From Felis catus (lineage: Eukaryota), in NCBI RefSeq assembly GCF_018350175.1, contig NC_058382.1, positions 48,610,001 to 48,674,000 of the forward strand: 64,000 bases of DNA, read 5' to 3'. Both the position numbers and the translations under genes were made by a program. The notes beneath the pieces are model-generated. The model ran no database searches. It had not been told where the DNA came from and was given only the letters and a program-made list of their open reading frames with translations. Below, piece by piece: positions 61,661 to 64,000 of this stretch; position 1 is the stretch's first letter; every line of letters begins with the position of its first letter.

Positions 61661-61797
61661 CTCAGAAGCTGTCAGGGATTTCTCCGCCTGAGGGGATGGG
61701 AGGAGGCCGCTGCTCGGAAATCTCCACCGAGCTCATTCGCTCCCTGACCGAGCTGCAGGAGCTGGAGGCTGTATACGAACGGCTCTGCGGCGAGGAG
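61630..61797 (+). CDS. COG4: COG4 (conserved oligomeric Golgi complex subunit 4) exon 1; gene continues beyond window
   Basis: [56 protein letters not shown], donor GAG|GTGGGG. Second in-frame ATG at 61642. Matches the COG4 N-terminus and the known head-to-head arrangement with SF3B3. Confidence 0.95.
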
Positions 61798-62527
61798 GTG
61801 GGGGGCTAGCCAGAGGCGATGGGCTTAGGACTTGTCAGTCTCGGGAAATCGGTCTGTGGGAAGTTCTCTCTGTGCCTCTGCCGAGGGAAACAAAACAGCA
61901 CTTATTGAAGAAGCAGGAGTGTAATTGAGTGTATTTGGCGGGACCTGACGTCTCTATTCACTTGGACTGATGCCCCTAAGCTTGTTTTCCCTGTTATCCG
62001 GGCGGTCTGCTCCACTCCTGGTCCCCACCCCACTTATTTGCCTGGCCCTTAATGTAGGTTTTTCTGCCGGAGTAGTTAGACTGACAGCGTAGGTCAACTC
62101 GCTTCTCAAAATAAGACTAAAGGCTCCCTTGCGTTGACTTAGCAATATAAAAATTAGGAAACGTTTCACCGTGTTATCTCAAATATTTAAGGAGGAAGTT
62201 ATTGCAAATAAACTTGAAGCGTTTTAAGACTTATTTTTGTGGGAAAAGATTTGGGGGGTGTAACTGTAGTTCGGTAAGTGTACAGCTTTGTGGAAGCTTG
62301 AGGTTTAAAGACAGGTACAACTGGCTAATCTTGGACAAGTGACTTTCATCCCTCGGGCCCCTGCTTTCTGGCCAATAAGGAGGATGGACTGTATTCTCTT
62401 GAAGATTCCTTACAGCCTCCTTCATTTTCCGTGGCAACCTGATGCTGTCAGTATATTTGTGAATATCATTTGGGTTCCTTGCCAGTCAGAAGAAAGAGAT
62501 CCAAGCTCTGATCTAAAGTTTTAGTAG

Positions 62528-63430
62528 CGGGCGCCTGGGTGGCTGAGTCAGCTGAACATCAACTCTAGATTTTGGCTCAGGTCATCATCCCAGGGTCATG
62601 GGGATGAGGGTGGAGCCTGCTTGAGATTCTCTCCCCGCCCCCCCCCTTGCACTTTATCTCTAAATTAATTAATTAATAAATAAACGTTTAGTAGCTGTTC
62701 TCCAAACCAAACTTTAAATTTTTTTTAAATGTTTATTTTTGAGAGAGACAGCACGAACCAGGGAGGGGCAGAGAGAGAGGGAGACACAGAATCTGAAGCA
62801 GGCTCCAGGCTCTGCGCTGTCAACACAGAGCCCGACGCGGGGCTCGAACCCACAAGCCGTGAGATCATGACCTGAGCTGAAGTCAGACGCTTAACCGACT
62901 GAGCCACCCAGGCACTCCCCCCGCCAAACCAAACTTTTAGTGTTTCTTTTAGACAGAGCAAGAGAAAGAGTGTGAGCGAGGGAGGGGCAGAGAGAGAGGG
63001 GGACATAAAGTGTGAAGCAGGTGCCAGGCTGTCAGCACAGAGCCTGATGGAGGGCTCTGAACCCATGAACCCCAGGATCATGACATGAGCTGAAGTCAGA
63101 GACTTCAGCAAGAGCGAGGGGGGATTATTGATATCTTTGAATAGTTTCAAACATTAACTTGCACCAACTCGAGCAGTTTATGATAACATTTTTCAGCAAG
63201 ATGTGCTTTATAAAATTCAGTGTTAAGAATTTATTGTTTATTTAATTTTAGAGTGCATGAGTTGGGGAGAGGGGCACAGGAAGAGAGAGAAAGAATAAAC
63301 CAGGCTCCACACTCGGCGCCTAGCCCAACACGGGGCTTCATGCAGGGCTCCATCCCAGAGCCCTGGGATCATGACCTGAGCCAAAACCAAGAGTCGGACT
63401 CTCAACTGACTGAGCCACCCAGGCACTCCA
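62528..63430. mobile_element. CAN-SINE cluster in COG4 intron 1 (one +, three -)
   Basis: 62528-62685 (+); ~62715-62915, ~62940-63105, ~63230-63430 (-). Confidence 0.88.
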
Positions 63431-64000
63431 TAAAATTCAGTACTGTTAACATTCCTAAGCTTGCATTCATTGAGTTAGTCCATTTTTAAGGGAAATTTAA
63501 GTCCATCTTCCAGACAGAACAATATCAGTTCTGTATTTGTATCTGATGACTGTCCAGGGAAGTTTCCCTCTGGATCCTACTGAATTATTTTAATAGAAAT
63601 GCATAGCTGATAATAATGGCTATTATTGAACAATATGCCACCATACTGCGTTAAGCAGTTTATGTTTGTTATCTTGTTTGGCTCACACAACAGTCCTGTG
63701 GGATACTCTTACATTTTACAGATCAAGAAACTCAAGCATAAGAAGGTTACATTAGTTGCAGTGATGCAGTAAATAACTTGGCTGAGACAATTATATACTT
63801 ATTCTTTCCGGGTACTGATTGTATCACTGTACACTGCGAAGAGACTCTTTGTAACTGCCACTTAAGAAATTTCATTTGTTTAGCCATTATATTTTAAATG
63901 CTTTCCTGCATTAGGCACTAAGATAATGATACTGAATAAAAGTTCCCTTCCTTTGTGGTATTCATCTGCTAAATGGAATGAAAATATACAGAAGGTAGCA

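Noticed and set aside
128..63489. Most ORFs in the supplied six-frame track (e.g. [16 protein letters not shown]..., 570-1019, 9177-9467, 57586-57867)
   Set aside because: They are translations of CAN-SINEs, L1 fragments, or antisense/out-of-frame readings of SF3B3 exons, not independent genes.

Overview
Mammalian genomic DNA, almost certainly a felid judging by the dense tRNA-derived CAN-SINEs of SINEC_Fc type. The gene order matches the COG4-SF3B3-IL34 locus. The window holds the complete SF3B3 gene on the minus strand: non-coding exon 1 at ~61246-61345, then 25 coding exons from ATG 57446 to TGA 14114. All introns are GT-AG and the coding exons sum to 3654 nt (1217 aa). COG4 exon 1 starts head-to-head on the plus strand (61630-61797) from a shared CpG promoter. 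The first non-coding exon and promoter of IL34 lie downstream on the minus strand (~3872-4110). Intron 3 hosts an intact C/D snoRNA (SNORD111B-like). Intron 6 hosts a decayed paralogue that lacks box D and has a C-to-U change at the methylation-specifying position. The most interesting unannotated signal is in SF3B3 intron 11: a candidate stop-containing poison exon (32879-33007) with a very strong acceptor and a perfect TACTAAC branch point, inside a SINE-free stretch. This suggests autoregulation of a branch-point-recognition factor through alternative splicing coupled to nonsense-mediated decay (NMD). The rest is CAN-SINEs (strongly antisense-biased, several young with intact target-site duplications, TSDs), nested L1s, old LTR/DNA-transposon fragments and microsatellites. 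Orthologue and repeat-family names come from recognition and were not checked by any search.
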